A DNA stretch of 64,000 nucleotides from an uncultured Candidatus Saccharibacteria bacterium. GTDB lineage: Bacteria; Patescibacteriota; Minisyncoccia; Portnoybacterales; UBA2143. The notes beneath the pieces were generated by a model. It made no database searches, was not told the origin of the DNA, and saw nothing but the letters and a program-made list of their open reading frames with translations. The translations under genes and the position numbers were made by a program. Of this stretch, positions 55,307 to 64,000 are shown one piece after another (the stretch's first letter is position 1; the number at the start of each line of letters is the position of its first letter). The DNA lies in contig CAYOHI010000002.1 in assembly GCA_964403725.1 (NCBI GenBank), positions 21,644 to 85,643 of the forward strand. The letters are read 5' to 3'.

Positions 55307-56661
55307 GATTTAAAATAGATCAATCAAATTATGGAATGCTTCCTCGGTTGGGGGATTTTTTAATAAATAACAAGATAGATAAGGTAGAAATAGAAATAAC
55401 TGATGATTTGGAAAAACTACCATACTTTTCAGATATCATTCCATCTATATATCAATTACTTGATTATGAAATGTATTTTCAAGTTTGGTTAAAAAATATT
55501 CCAATTTGTGTCATTTCGCCGCAAGCCATTGACCATATTTTGCCCAGTAGCGATTTTAAAGGAGAAAAAGATAAACAATGCAAGGATTGCTATTGGAATA
55601 AGAAATGCTCTGGTTTTCCAAAAGGATACTTTAAAAAATATGATTCTCAAGAGATTTGCCCTAAGCCTGACTTGCCTGAAGAGATAATGATTGAAGTCGA
55701 GCCGAAATGTAATTTTGATTGTCAGTTTTGCTTTAATAAGGTTTCTTTTGCTAAACATGGCAGGGATATTAAGGAAATAAGTACAAAAAGCATTAAGAAA
55801 TTAATTGATAATATTACTGGATTGGGTATAGGAATAATTAGGTTTACTGGCGGAGAGCCGCTATTGAGAAAAGATATTTTTCAATTATTAAAATATTCTA
55901 AAGATAAGGGCTTAGAAGTTAGATTGAATACTAATGGATCTTTAATTGATAATAAAGTAGCTAGTAAGCTAAGGGGTATAGTTGATAATGTTTTGATTCC
56001 AATTGAGAGCTATACAGACAAAGAAGAAACAAAGCTTACCAATACTAAAAATTCATTAAAGAAAAAAGTAAAAGCAATAGAATTATTAAAAAAGCAGAAT
56101 ATTCCTGTAGTCAGGGCCGGAACGGTTGCAACACAGGAAAATATCTTATCATTTGATAAGATCGCCCAATTCATTTCCAAACTTCCTCTAGATGAATGGG
56201 AACTGTACCGTCCAGTTCCAATCTCTAAGAAAAAAGATTTAAATTCAAAACATATCAATATTCTAGTTGATAAGCTGATTAACTTGAGAAAAGCGACTGA
56301 CAAGCCCGTATTTATTGCCAATGCAATTCCTTTTTGCAGCATTAAGGATATGAATAGAATTAATAGTGTTAGCAAAGGTGCTTTGCACGATGATGGTCAC
56401 AGTAGATTGGTTATCGATCCGCGTGGATTTGTTAAGCCGCACTATTTCTTAAATGAAGATTTGGGTTCTTTCAAGGATATTATAAGAGCTTGGCATAATC
56501 CTTTTATTAAAAAAATGAGAAATCTGGAATTTCTACCAAAAGAATGCCAGAATTGTCCGTTTTCTTTCAAATGCCGGGGTGGCAGTCGACATGCGGCAAA
56601 AATAATTAACGGAGGATATGACAGATTAGATCCTCTAGCTAAATATTATGGAAAGAGTTGA
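55303..56661 (+). CDS. radical SAM protein with N-terminal Cys-motif domain and C-terminal twitch/SPASM-like Cys cluster
   Basis: N-terminal CKDCYWNKKCSGFPKGY. EPKCNFDCQFC (CxxxCxxC) and TGGEPLL. C-terminal CQNCPFSFKCRGG. Confidence 0.7.
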   Translation: MRFKIDQSNYGMLPRLGDFLINNKIDKVEIEITDDLEKLPYFSDIIPSIYQLLDYEMYFQVWLKNIPICVISPQAIDHILPSSDFKGEKDKQCKDCYWNKKCSGFPKGYFKKYDSQEICPKPDLPEEIMIEVEPKCNFDCQFCFNKVSFAKHGRDIKEISTKSIKKLIDNITGLGIGIIRFTGGEPLLRKDIFQLLKYSKDKGLEVRLNTNGSLIDNKVASKLRGIVDNVLIPIESYTDKEETKLTNTKNSLKKKVKAIELLKKQNIPVVRAGTVATQENILSFDKIAQFISKLPLDEWELYRPVPISKKKDLNSKHINILVDKLINLRKATDKPVFIANAIPFCSIKDMNRINSVSKGALHDDGHSRLVIDPRGFVKPHYFLNEDLGSFKDIIRAWHNPFIKKMRNLEFLPKECQNCPFSFKCRGGSRHAAKIINGGYDRLDPLAKYYGKS

Positions 56662-57541
56662 TATTAAAATAGGGTTTGGCTGTAATAATCATTGTCTTTT
56701 TTGTGTTCAAGGTGATAAAAGGAATTTTTGCCAGTCCAAGCCAAAAAAAGAAATAGAAAGATCTCTTAAAGAGGCTTTTAAGAAAAACAAGGAAGAGGTT
56801 GTTTTCACTGGCGGTGAGCCGTGCATGCATCCTAATTTTTTAGAATTGGTTAAAATAGCCAAAAATATCGGTTTTAAAGAAATTCAAGTTCAAACCAATG
56901 GTCGGATGTTGGCTTACGATGATTTCTGTCTAAAGGTTGTCCAGGCTGGAGCAACTCAATTTTCACCAGCCCTGCATGGGTCAAATGCTAGAACCCATGA
57001 CTATCTGACCTGCGCTAAAGGCAGCTTTGACCAGACAATCCAAGGAATTAAAAATCTTAAGAAGTTAAACCAGTATGTTTTAACTAATACGGTTATTACC
57101 TCGAAAAACTATAAGCAAATTCCTAAGATAGCTGAAATATTGGTTAATTTAGATGTTGATCAATTCCAGTTTGCCTTTATTCACTTGGGTGGAATTGCTT
57201 GGGAAAACAAAGATTGGATTGTTCCTAAAAAAATCCTAATCATGCCTTTTGTTAAAAAAGGATTAGATGTTGGATTAAAGGCTAAGAAGAGGGTAACTAC
57301 CGAAGCAATCCCATATTGCTTGATGAAAGGTTACGAGGATTGTATTGCTGAAAGAATCATTCCCAAATCGATGGTTTTTGATTCTGATTTCGTGGTTGAG
57401 GATTACTCAGGGTATCGAAAAGATAAAGGGAAAGCTAAAGGACCGAATTGCAAGAAATGCAAATATGATAAAATCTGTGAAGGGCCTTGGAAAGAATATC
57501 CTGAATTGTTTGGTTGGAAAGAATTTAAGCCAGTGAAATAA
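56648..57541 (+). CDS. radical SAM protein, CNNxCxFC/twitch-type family (paralog 1)
   Basis: GFGCNNHCLFC, TGGEPC, GSFDQTIQGIKNL. C-terminal CKKCKYDKICEGPWKEYPELFGWKEFKP. Confidence 0.7.
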   Translation: MERVDIKIGFGCNNHCLFCVQGDKRNFCQSKPKKEIERSLKEAFKKNKEEVVFTGGEPCMHPNFLELVKIAKNIGFKEIQVQTNGRMLAYDDFCLKVVQAGATQFSPALHGSNARTHDYLTCAKGSFDQTIQGIKNLKKLNQYVLTNTVITSKNYKQIPKIAEILVNLDVDQFQFAFIHLGGIAWENKDWIVPKKILIMPFVKKGLDVGLKAKKRVTTEAIPYCLMKGYEDCIAERIIPKSMVFDSDFVVEDYSGYRKDKGKAKGPNCKKCKYDKICEGPWKEYPELFGWKEFKPVK

Positions 57542-57543
57542 AT

Positions 57544-58269
57544 ATGGGAAATTTTTCTGGATTAGTTAAAAGAATAAAAGTAGCAAGAAATATCATTTCA
57601 GTCGAAGATCCTCTGTTGATTGATATCCTGTCCAGTAATTATGGCCGAAAAATCAGATCTATCAAAAGGATAAATAGAAAGAAATCCTTCATTTGTAGAG
57701 CTTGGAAAGTCGAATTTATTTCCCATAAATCTGCTTTTATGAAAATAGATTTTGATGTTGATTCAAAGAACTTGCTGTTACAGGAAAAAGTCTTTCAATC
57801 TAAAATTTTTAAAGCAAATGAAGTTGTCTTACCTTTATGGCCGACAAAAGATAACCATCCTATGCTGTCGTTGAAATGCCCTAGAAAGCCATTTAATCTT
57901 ACGCTTTCCGATTATTTAGAAAATACTATTAATTTTAAAAAGAAATATTTTTCAGACTTAGCAGTAATATTGGCCAAATTGCATTCGAAGAAAAGAAATA
58001 ATCTTGTTTTATCTCACGGTGATTTTACAAGGGAGAACATTCTATTGGATGAGAATAAGAATATATGGTTGGTTGATTGGGAAAATTCTAAATTTGGCTA
58101 TCCAGAATGCGATATAAGCTATTTTGTAAGAGATGGCATGGATGCTTATGGATTGGAAATAAATAATCCATTGCATAAGTCATTTCTCAAAACATATGAA
58201 AAATATTCTAAATTAAAGGTTGATTGCAATCGTTTAGAGAAATATTTAAAGGATTTTAATAAGAAATGA
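57544..58269 (+). CDS. protein-kinase-like fold small-molecule kinase (APH/choline kinase family)
   Basis: HGDFTRENILL (HGDxxxxN catalytic loop) and WLVDWENS (DxE metal-binding). Confidence 0.55.
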   Translation: MGNFSGLVKRIKVARNIISVEDPLLIDILSSNYGRKIRSIKRINRKKSFICRAWKVEFISHKSAFMKIDFDVDSKNLLLQEKVFQSKIFKANEVVLPLWPTKDNHPMLSLKCPRKPFNLTLSDYLENTINFKKKYFSDLAVILAKLHSKKRNNLVLSHGDFTRENILLDENKNIWLVDWENSKFGYPECDISYFVRDGMDAYGLEINNPLHKSFLKTYEKYSKLKVDCNRLEKYLKDFNKK

Positions 58270-60170
58270 AAAAAAGACTATACTTTGCCAGTTTAGACAA
58301 ATGCAATGAAGATTGTCTTTTTTGTGTGCGCGGCGGCGATGAAAAACCGATTGGCCACATTGATACAAAACGAGCAAAAAAGATTATTTCAGAAAAAAAG
58401 AAAAAAGGTTATCAGGAAATTTTTTTTGATGGCGGAGAACCGACTTTAAGGGATGACTTGACTGAATTAATTGAATTTTCTAAAAAGAAAAAATATTCAG
58501 CAGCCAATATTTTGACCAATGGAGTTCTGCTTTCAAAAGAAAAATTAGTCAAAGACCTATTATCAGTAAAAAACACAAAAAACTTCAGTTTATCTTTTTC
58601 CGTCTCTCTTCACTCACATAAAAAAGATATTTCAGAAAAACTAGTTGGCAGAAAAAATACTTTTAACAGAACTATTAAAGGAATAGATAATCTGATTAAG
58701 AATGGATGTGATAGCATTTCCATTTATCATGTCATTACCAAATACAACTACAAAGATCTGCCAGGCTTTGTTAAGTTTATCAACAAAAAGTTTCCTCAAG
58801 TTAAAAATATTACTTTCTCATATATCTACCCAGTCGGGGCTGCCTTGAAAAATAAAAAGATTTTCCCGCAACTTTCCAAAACAGAAATATATTTCCAAAA
58901 AGCCTTAAAGCTATGCAAAGAATATAAGATGAATTTTTCAATCACTACTTGCGGCACTATTCCTTTATGCTTTTTAAAAGGTTATGAAGATATCCTATTA
59001 AACCAACAGGAATTAGATCAACCAGGAAAAGTGGGTATAGTGGATACGGTTAAAGATGAACAATATCAGTTAGCTACAGATCAATTTCATGAAAAAACTA
59101 AAATTAAATCATCTAAATGCAAGGATTGTTTGTATGATGATAAATGTGGTGGTATTTGGCGAACTTATGTTGAACTTTATGGATTAAACGAATTAAAGCC
59201 AATAAAAAAGAAAAAACCTGAAAATCAGAATGTCCTCCTATTACTAACAGGATTCTCTTGTAATAATAATTGTGTTTTTTGCTCTAACGTAGCTGACCGC
59301 AATTTTAATAGCTCAACCAAAGAACTGTTTAAAAAAATTGATCAGGGCTATGAAAAAGGATTTAGAATTCTAGAACTCATTGGCGGCGAAGTTCCCATTA
59401 GGCCTGATTTTTTTGAATTAATTAATTATGCCAAAAAAGCTGGCTTTAAAGATATTAGATTGACTTCTAATGGCCGGATCTTTTCCTATCCGGAATATGC
59501 CAAGAAAGTAGCTCAAGCAGGATTAAAAGTTATGACTGTTTCTCTGTATGGTCACAAGAAATCATTGCATGACGGAGTCACCAGGACACCGGGATCATTT
59601 GACCAGTGTATCAAAGGCATTAAAAATATTTCTAAAACAGGAATAGAATTAGTCATCAATACCGTTATCTCAAAAGTAAATTACAAATATCTGTATGAAA
59701 TCGGTAATTTTGTCAGTCAATTGGGAGTTAAAGAATGGCATCCTTTAGAATTGCTGCCTGATGGCCAAGGCGCTAAGCATTATGATAGTCTAGCTGTTCC
59801 ATACAAGGAGCTTTCAAAATATATTAGGAAGATTAATAAATTAGCTGGTTCTAAATTTAAAAGAATAGATTTCTTTGATTTTCCTTTCTGTGTTTTCAAC
59901 AAAGAGATGCTGAAAAACAAAAATATTGTCATGTTCACGCCCGAGAGAAGATGTGAAGATATTAAGATGGAAGCTCATGACTCATCTTCAAGAGTTGATA
60001 AGGTCATAAAAAAAGGAAAAGTAGTTTACCAGGACAAATACAAGACTAAGCCAAAATTCTGCCAAAGCTGCTCGTATTTCAGTCAGTGTGGCGGCGTAAC
60101 TAAGTCATATTTTAAAAAATATGGCGATGAGGAAATAAGGGAATTAGCTAAAAAGAATAAATTTGTATGA
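58266..60170 (+). CDS. fused tandem di-domain radical SAM protein (paralogs 2 and 3 of the CNNxCxFC family)
   Basis: Domain 1: LDKCNEDCLFC...CKDCLYDDKCGGIWRTYVELYGLNELKP. Domain 2: FSCNNNCVFC...GSFDQCIKGIKN...CQSCSYFSQCGGVTKSYFKKYGDEE. Confidence 0.7.
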   Translation: MKKRLYFASLDKCNEDCLFCVRGGDEKPIGHIDTKRAKKIISEKKKKGYQEIFFDGGEPTLRDDLTELIEFSKKKKYSAANILTNGVLLSKEKLVKDLLSVKNTKNFSLSFSVSLHSHKKDISEKLVGRKNTFNRTIKGIDNLIKNGCDSISIYHVITKYNYKDLPGFVKFINKKFPQVKNITFSYIYPVGAALKNKKIFPQLSKTEIYFQKALKLCKEYKMNFSITTCGTIPLCFLKGYEDILLNQQELDQPGKVGIVDTVKDEQYQLATDQFHEKTKIKSSKCKDCLYDDKCGGIWRTYVELYGLNELKPIKKKKPENQNVLLLLTGFSCNNNCVFCSNVADRNFNSSTKELFKKIDQGYEKGFRILELIGGEVPIRPDFFELINYAKKAGFKDIRLTSNGRIFSYPEYAKKVAQAGLKVMTVSLYGHKKSLHDGVTRTPGSFDQCIKGIKNISKTGIELVINTVISKVNYKYLYEIGNFVSQLGVKEWHPLELLPDGQGAKHYDSLAVPYKELSKYIRKINKLAGSKFKRIDFFDFPFCVFNKEMLKNKNIVMFTPERRCEDIKMEAHDSSSRVDKVIKKGKVVYQDKYKTKPKFCQSCSYFSQCGGVTKSYFKKYGDEEIRELAKKNKFV

Positions 60171-61021
60171 AGGAAAAATATTATACAGTAGGCAATAGTC
60201 CGTTTCTTTATGCAGGATATGAATGCAATAATTTGTGTATTTTTTGTTTTGAAGCTGATAGGGAATTTCCCCAGAAAAGCACTAAGAATTTAAAAAAAGA
60301 AATGAAGATTATCAGAAAGAATTTCAATTTCATCAATATTATGGGCCAGGAGCCAACACTAAGAAAAGATATTATTGAACTGATTGATTATGCCAAAGAA
60401 TTGAAATTTAAAGATATAAGCATAACAACAAATGGAAGAATGTTCGCCTATCCTGATTTTACTAAAAATATTTTAAATAGCGGCTTGACTCAGATCGGAT
60501 TAACGATGATGGGCAAAACAGCCAAAATGCATGATCTGCACACTCGGGCTAAAGGAAGCTTTGACCAGGCTTTGATGGGTATTAAAAATATTATGAAATA
60601 CAAGAATGATAATTTCAGTTTTTTGCTTAACTTGATGGTTACTCAGAAAAATTACAAAGATTTAGTTGAAATTATTGATTTCTATGTTGGTCTTGGATTT
60701 AAAGAAATAAATGTCGGCCACATTATGCCCATTAATAGAGCTATTACTAAATCCAAATCAATAGTGGCTCAGATTAGCAAAGTTACTCCATACTTGGTAA
60801 AATGCCAAAAGAAGCATGGAAATGAAGTTAAGTTTCTGTTTGTTGAATATCCAGCTTGTTCTTTTTCTGAAAAATATCGTCATCTGTCATTTCCTTGCCT
60901 GGAAGAAAATCCTGATAAGATAAGGATTAAGATATGCGGGAAGTGCGAATACAGGGATAAATGTGCAGGAATAGGCAAGAGTTACTTAAATCTCTATGGA
61001 GATAAGGAGTTTAAGATATAA
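60167..61021 (+). CDS. radical SAM protein, CNNxCxFC/twitch-type family (paralog 4)
   Basis: YECNNLCIFC, GQEPTL, GSFDQALMGIKN. C-terminal CGKCEYRDKCAGIGKSYLNLYGDKEFK. Confidence 0.7.
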   Translation: MKEKYYTVGNSPFLYAGYECNNLCIFCFEADREFPQKSTKNLKKEMKIIRKNFNFINIMGQEPTLRKDIIELIDYAKELKFKDISITTNGRMFAYPDFTKNILNSGLTQIGLTMMGKTAKMHDLHTRAKGSFDQALMGIKNIMKYKNDNFSFLLNLMVTQKNYKDLVEIIDFYVGLGFKEINVGHIMPINRAITKSKSIVAQISKVTPYLVKCQKKHGNEVKFLFVEYPACSFSEKYRHLSFPCLEENPDKIRIKICGKCEYRDKCAGIGKSYLNLYGDKEFKI

Positions 61022-61938
61022 TGAAAAACAAGATTAAAAAAACAGTCATCATTACCGGATATAAATGCAATAATCATTGCCGTTTTTGTATTGATGCCGA
61101 TAAGAGAGAATTGTCTGACAAGACTACTTTGGAAATTAAAAATGAAATGATTGAAGCAAGAAAAAGAGGTACGACATATTTAGAATTAATTGGCGGGGAA
61201 ACAACTATTAGGCCAGATGCTTTAGAACTTGTCAGTTTTGCTAAGAATTTAGGCTTTAAGACAATCAATATGGCTACTAATGGCCGGATGTTTTCTTATC
61301 CAGAATACACACAAAAGATGATTGATGCGGGACTGACTGACATTATCTTTTCTATTCATGGTCATGATACAAAACTTCATGATAAATTGACTCAAGTCTC
61401 TGGCAGCTTTAAACAATTAGTTAAAGGTTTGAATAATTTTAAGAATCTTGGTTTTAAAAATATTGGTTCTAATACGACCATTGTTAAACAAAACTACAAA
61501 TACCTGCCTCAAATTGCCAAATTCATTTTTGATTCCGGTATTAGAAATTCTGAATTCATTTTTGTTGATCCAAATTATGGAGCAGCCAAAACCCATTTTA
61601 AAGAGTTGGTTCCTAAGATCTCTCAAATTGCACCATATGTTAAAAAATGCCTTGATGTCGGCAAGAAGAATAAGATTCCTCATTGGGCAATCCGCTATGT
61701 TCCCTTATGTTATTTTGAGGACTATTTGGATCAGATCAGTGAATTGCAAGAAGTTAAAACTTTTAAGACAGAACATTTGGCTCCTGATTTTGAAAATTTC
61801 AATGTTGAAGAATCAAGACAAGAGATTGGACGGACTAAATCTAAGAAATGCAAGGAATGTAAGCTATTTAATAAATGTGAAGGTATTTGGAAAGAATACA
61901 TTAAACAATACGGCGATAAGGAATTAAAACCTTTGTAA
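61021..61938 (+). CDS. radical SAM protein, CNNxCxFC/twitch-type family (paralog 5)
   Basis: YKCNNHCRFC, GGETTI, GSFKQLVKGLNN. C-terminal CKECKLFNKCEGIWKEYIKQYGDKELKP. Confidence 0.7.
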   Translation: MKNKIKKTVIITGYKCNNHCRFCIDADKRELSDKTTLEIKNEMIEARKRGTTYLELIGGETTIRPDALELVSFAKNLGFKTINMATNGRMFSYPEYTQKMIDAGLTDIIFSIHGHDTKLHDKLTQVSGSFKQLVKGLNNFKNLGFKNIGSNTTIVKQNYKYLPQIAKFIFDSGIRNSEFIFVDPNYGAAKTHFKELVPKISQIAPYVKKCLDVGKKNKIPHWAIRYVPLCYFEDYLDQISELQEVKTFKTEHLAPDFENFNVEESRQEIGRTKSKKCKECKLFNKCEGIWKEYIKQYGDKELKPL

Positions 61939-61940
61939 TT

Positions 61941-62870
61941 ATGGATATTTGTATTTGGGATAAATGTAATAATTTCTGCTTAATGTGCACTAATCCGGAT
62001 AAGCCCTGGCTTTCTTTTGATGGAAGACCGGAAGAAGGATATGATTATGAAACTTTGACTAAAAGAATTGAAAGATTAAAAGAAAAAATAGATCCCAATG
62101 ATGCAATTATCCTAACTGGCGGAGAACCAACTCTTCATCCTAGATTTTTGGATGTTTTAAAGTTTGTTAGGAAAACTTTTCCTAAACAAGAGGTTAGAGT
62201 TCTGACTAATGGTCGCTGTTTTATGTATAAGGATTTTGTTCAAAATGTTTTAAAAACTAATAATCTTCATTTAGCTGTTTCTTTGTACGGGCCTACTCCA
62301 AAAATTCACGATGGCATAACTAGGGCTAAGAATAGCTTTGAACAGACTATTGGAGGACTGAAGAATATATTGGCTAATAAGAAGGATGACCAGAGTGTTG
62401 AAATTAGAATAGTTATTAGTAAATTATCATATAGGTATCTGGATCAGTTCTTAAATTTAATTAGGAATTCCTTTCCTTTAATAGACCGGGTGATTTTAAT
62501 TTTCATAGAACATGAAGGACAAGCTAGTAAAAACTTAAAAAGTGTCAGTCTCGCATATTCCAAGGTAAAGCCATATTTAGATAAGGCGTATCCGCTTTTT
62601 GAATATTTCAAAGAAATTAGGCTTTATCATTTTCCTTTATGCACTGTTGATTCAAAGTTCTGGCCTTTTGTCTGGCGAACTTTGCCAGAAAAAGAAGTGA
62701 CTTTCATTTCATCTTGTAATCAGTGTAAGTACAAGAATTTTTGTCTAGGTATCCACAGGGATCATCCCAATAAGGTAAAAGGAAAAGAATTCAATCCCAT
62801 AAAAGAAGATTTGATTATTGAAGAAACAAAGGATTTTTATCATCCAATTATTAAAGTAGGTAAGAAATAA
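61941..62870 (+). CDS. radical SAM protein, CNNxCxFC/twitch-type family (paralog 6, most divergent)
   Basis: WDKCNNFCLMC, TGGEPTLHP, NSFEQTIGGLKN. C-terminal CNQCKYKNFCLGIHRDHPNKVKGKEFNP. Confidence 0.65.
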   Translation: MDICIWDKCNNFCLMCTNPDKPWLSFDGRPEEGYDYETLTKRIERLKEKIDPNDAIILTGGEPTLHPRFLDVLKFVRKTFPKQEVRVLTNGRCFMYKDFVQNVLKTNNLHLAVSLYGPTPKIHDGITRAKNSFEQTIGGLKNILANKKDDQSVEIRIVISKLSYRYLDQFLNLIRNSFPLIDRVILIFIEHEGQASKNLKSVSLAYSKVKPYLDKAYPLFEYFKEIRLYHFPLCTVDSKFWPFVWRTLPEKEVTFISSCNQCKYKNFCLGIHRDHPNKVKGKEFNPIKEDLIIEETKDFYHPIIKVGKK

Positions 62871-64000
62871 TGATTTTTAATATTTTATTTTTACCATTTG
62901 TTTTCTTTCTTGGTCTGATTACTAGTTACCAAGATACTAAATACGGCAAAGTTAAGAATAAGTGGATTATTCTGGGTTTGAGCTGGGGATTAATTGTTAT
63001 TGTGTTCTTTTTTGCCTGGTATTTTGTCGCCTCGCCAATTACCCGCTATTACTATTTTGAAATCCAGAATTTGCCAGATGATTCTCCAGCTCCTGTCTTT
63101 ACCGTTTCTCTGGGATATCTAAGTAGGGTTATGACCAATGCTATCATTGCTTTAGTCCTTTCATATCTGATGTGGCGCTTTGGCGCCTGGGCAGCCGGGG
63201 ATGCCAAGCTTTTTGCCGTTTATGCCCTATTGATACCTCTGGAATATTATTGGAAATCATATTTACCATATTTTCCTTCTTTTGTCTTGCTAATAAATAT
63301 TTTTATTCCTATTTTTCTGTACCTTTTAATTAGATCCATCATATATTTTATAAAATTTCTTTATCTTAAATTATCTGATCCAAAAGAGAGGAATAAGAAG
63401 ATAAAGCTTGATAAGAAGAGAATTAAAGGGAGGATCAAAGGAATGGGAATAATGGCTCTCATTTTTATCACTATCTTTTTAGCCTTTGGCTTGTTCCAGG
63501 AGCCAATTCAGAATGCTTTCAATATTAATATATCTTCCATCCAGATCTTTATCTTTGCCGGTTTAATAATCTTTAGCAGCTTTTTAGCTGCTTTCTTTAA
63601 AAAACCAATTGTTTTCAAGGTATTTCTTGCTTTATTAGTTGTAATGCTAATCTATGGCTTGAGCGATTCTCCTTCGGCTACTTGGCAGATTATCCAGCGG
63701 ACATTAAAAATGATGATTATATTCATGACTATTTTAAATATATTCAGGGCCTTGATCGATTTCCATATCTTGAAAACTGGAACCAGAGAGATAAGGGTTA
63801 AGGATTTGAAACCAGGAATGAATTTGGATGAAGAGATAATCAACAGGATGAAAAGAAAAAAGAAACTTTTCAAGAAATATATGGGCCATATTTATCCTGG
63901 AGGATTGACTCCAGAACAAGTTGATTTTACAAAAAAATGGTTGAAAAAGACTGATTTGAAAAAAGTTAGTATCTACAAGCTTTTCCCTTTTGTGACTTGG
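62870..64000 (+). CDS. A24-family (prepilin/preflagellin peptidase-like) aspartyl peptidase membrane protein, 3' partial at the window edge
   Basis: ORF open to the window end (absent from the ORF track). ATG overlaps the upstream TAA (ATGA). SYQDTKYGKVKN (first Asp region) and AWAAGDAKLFAV (GxGDxKL second catalytic Asp), cf. PilD MGLGDVKF at 30801..31592. Multiple TM helices, Lys-rich soluble C-terminal part. Confidence 0.45.
   Translation, partial: MIFNILFLPFVFFLGLITSYQDTKYGKVKNKWIILGLSWGLIVIVFFFAWYFVASPITRYYYFEIQNLPDDSPAPVFTVSLGYLSRVMTNAIIALVLSYLMWRFGAWAAGDAKLFAVYALLIPLEYYWKSYLPYFPSFVLLINIFIPIFLYLLIRSIIYFIKFLYLKLSDPKERNKKIKLDKKRIKGRIKGMGIMALIFITIFLAFGLFQEPIQNAFNINISSIQIFIFAGLIIFSSFLAAFFKKPIVFKVFLALLVVMLIYGLSDSPSATWQIIQRTLKMMIIFMTILNIFRALIDFHILKTGTREIRVKDLKPGMNLDEEIINRMKRKKKLFKKYMGHIYPGGLTPEQVDFTKKWLKKTDLKKVSIYKLFPFVTW

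Noticed and set aside
63652-63919. Minus-strand ORFs 63652..63873 and 63734..63919.
   Set aside because: They are embedded antisense in a long plus-strand open frame (62870 to past 64000) that carries A24 peptidase motifs and whose start overlaps the upstream stop codon.
1-64000. Searched for integrase, transposase, recombinase, phage structural genes and rRNA.
   Set aside because: I found no ORF with DDE, tyrosine-recombinase (R..H..R..Y) or serine-recombinase motifs and no rRNA-like conserved stretches. The islands described are therefore not attributed to a recognisable mobile element.

Overview
The window is AT-rich (roughly 30-35% GC by eye, not computed), densely coding, with many short or overlapping gene junctions. 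The short aaRS, the type IV pilus genes and the many orphan proteins suggest a streamlined genome such as Patescibacteria/CPR; that placement is inference only.

Bases 1-22200 hold housekeeping and small accessory genes. On the minus strand: a VanW-domain protein, Hsp20, a PrsW-like protease, valS, tsaD, recG and a RelE/RelB toxin-antitoxin pair flanked by two tRNA-Ser genes. On the plus strand: ychF, a MazG-like hydrolase, a secreted FG-GAP repeat protein and a GT2 glycosyltransferase. There are also tRNA-Glu and tRNA-Arg genes, a comF gene with a partial 3' duplicate, and several short GC-richer islets each carrying one or two small ORFs with strong Shine-Dalgarno sites.

Bases 22234-31592 are a complete plus-strand type IV pilus locus: pilM, pilN, pilO, pilB, pilin, a CheY-like receiver, pilT, pilC, two pilins and pilD.

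The most notable region is about 32.1 kb to the window end. It starts with a His-Gly-Ser repeat (HxsA-type) precursor peptide next to a radical SAM/SPASM maturase. A divergent minus-strand module follows: a B12-binding radical SAM protein, QueC-like, HD, PRTase, PNP and PLP-decarboxylase genes. Then comes a single plus-strand, gap-free operon of more than 22 kb (41735 to past 64000). It encodes at least 11 more radical SAM domains, including a tandem array of six twitch-type paralogous domains (one ORF is a fused didomain). It also encodes two large/small pairs of U32 (UbiU/UbiV-like) proteins, an SHMT-like PLP enzyme, GT4 and GT-B/GT2 glycosyltransferases, a split Kae1-like/YrdC-like carbamoyltransferase-type pair, an APH-like kinase and a terminal A24-family aspartyl peptidase-like membrane protein. 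I know of no described system with this composition; its product (modified peptide, glycan or nucleoside-like molecule) cannot be decided from sequence alone.

No CRISPR array, rRNA, integrase or transposase was seen.
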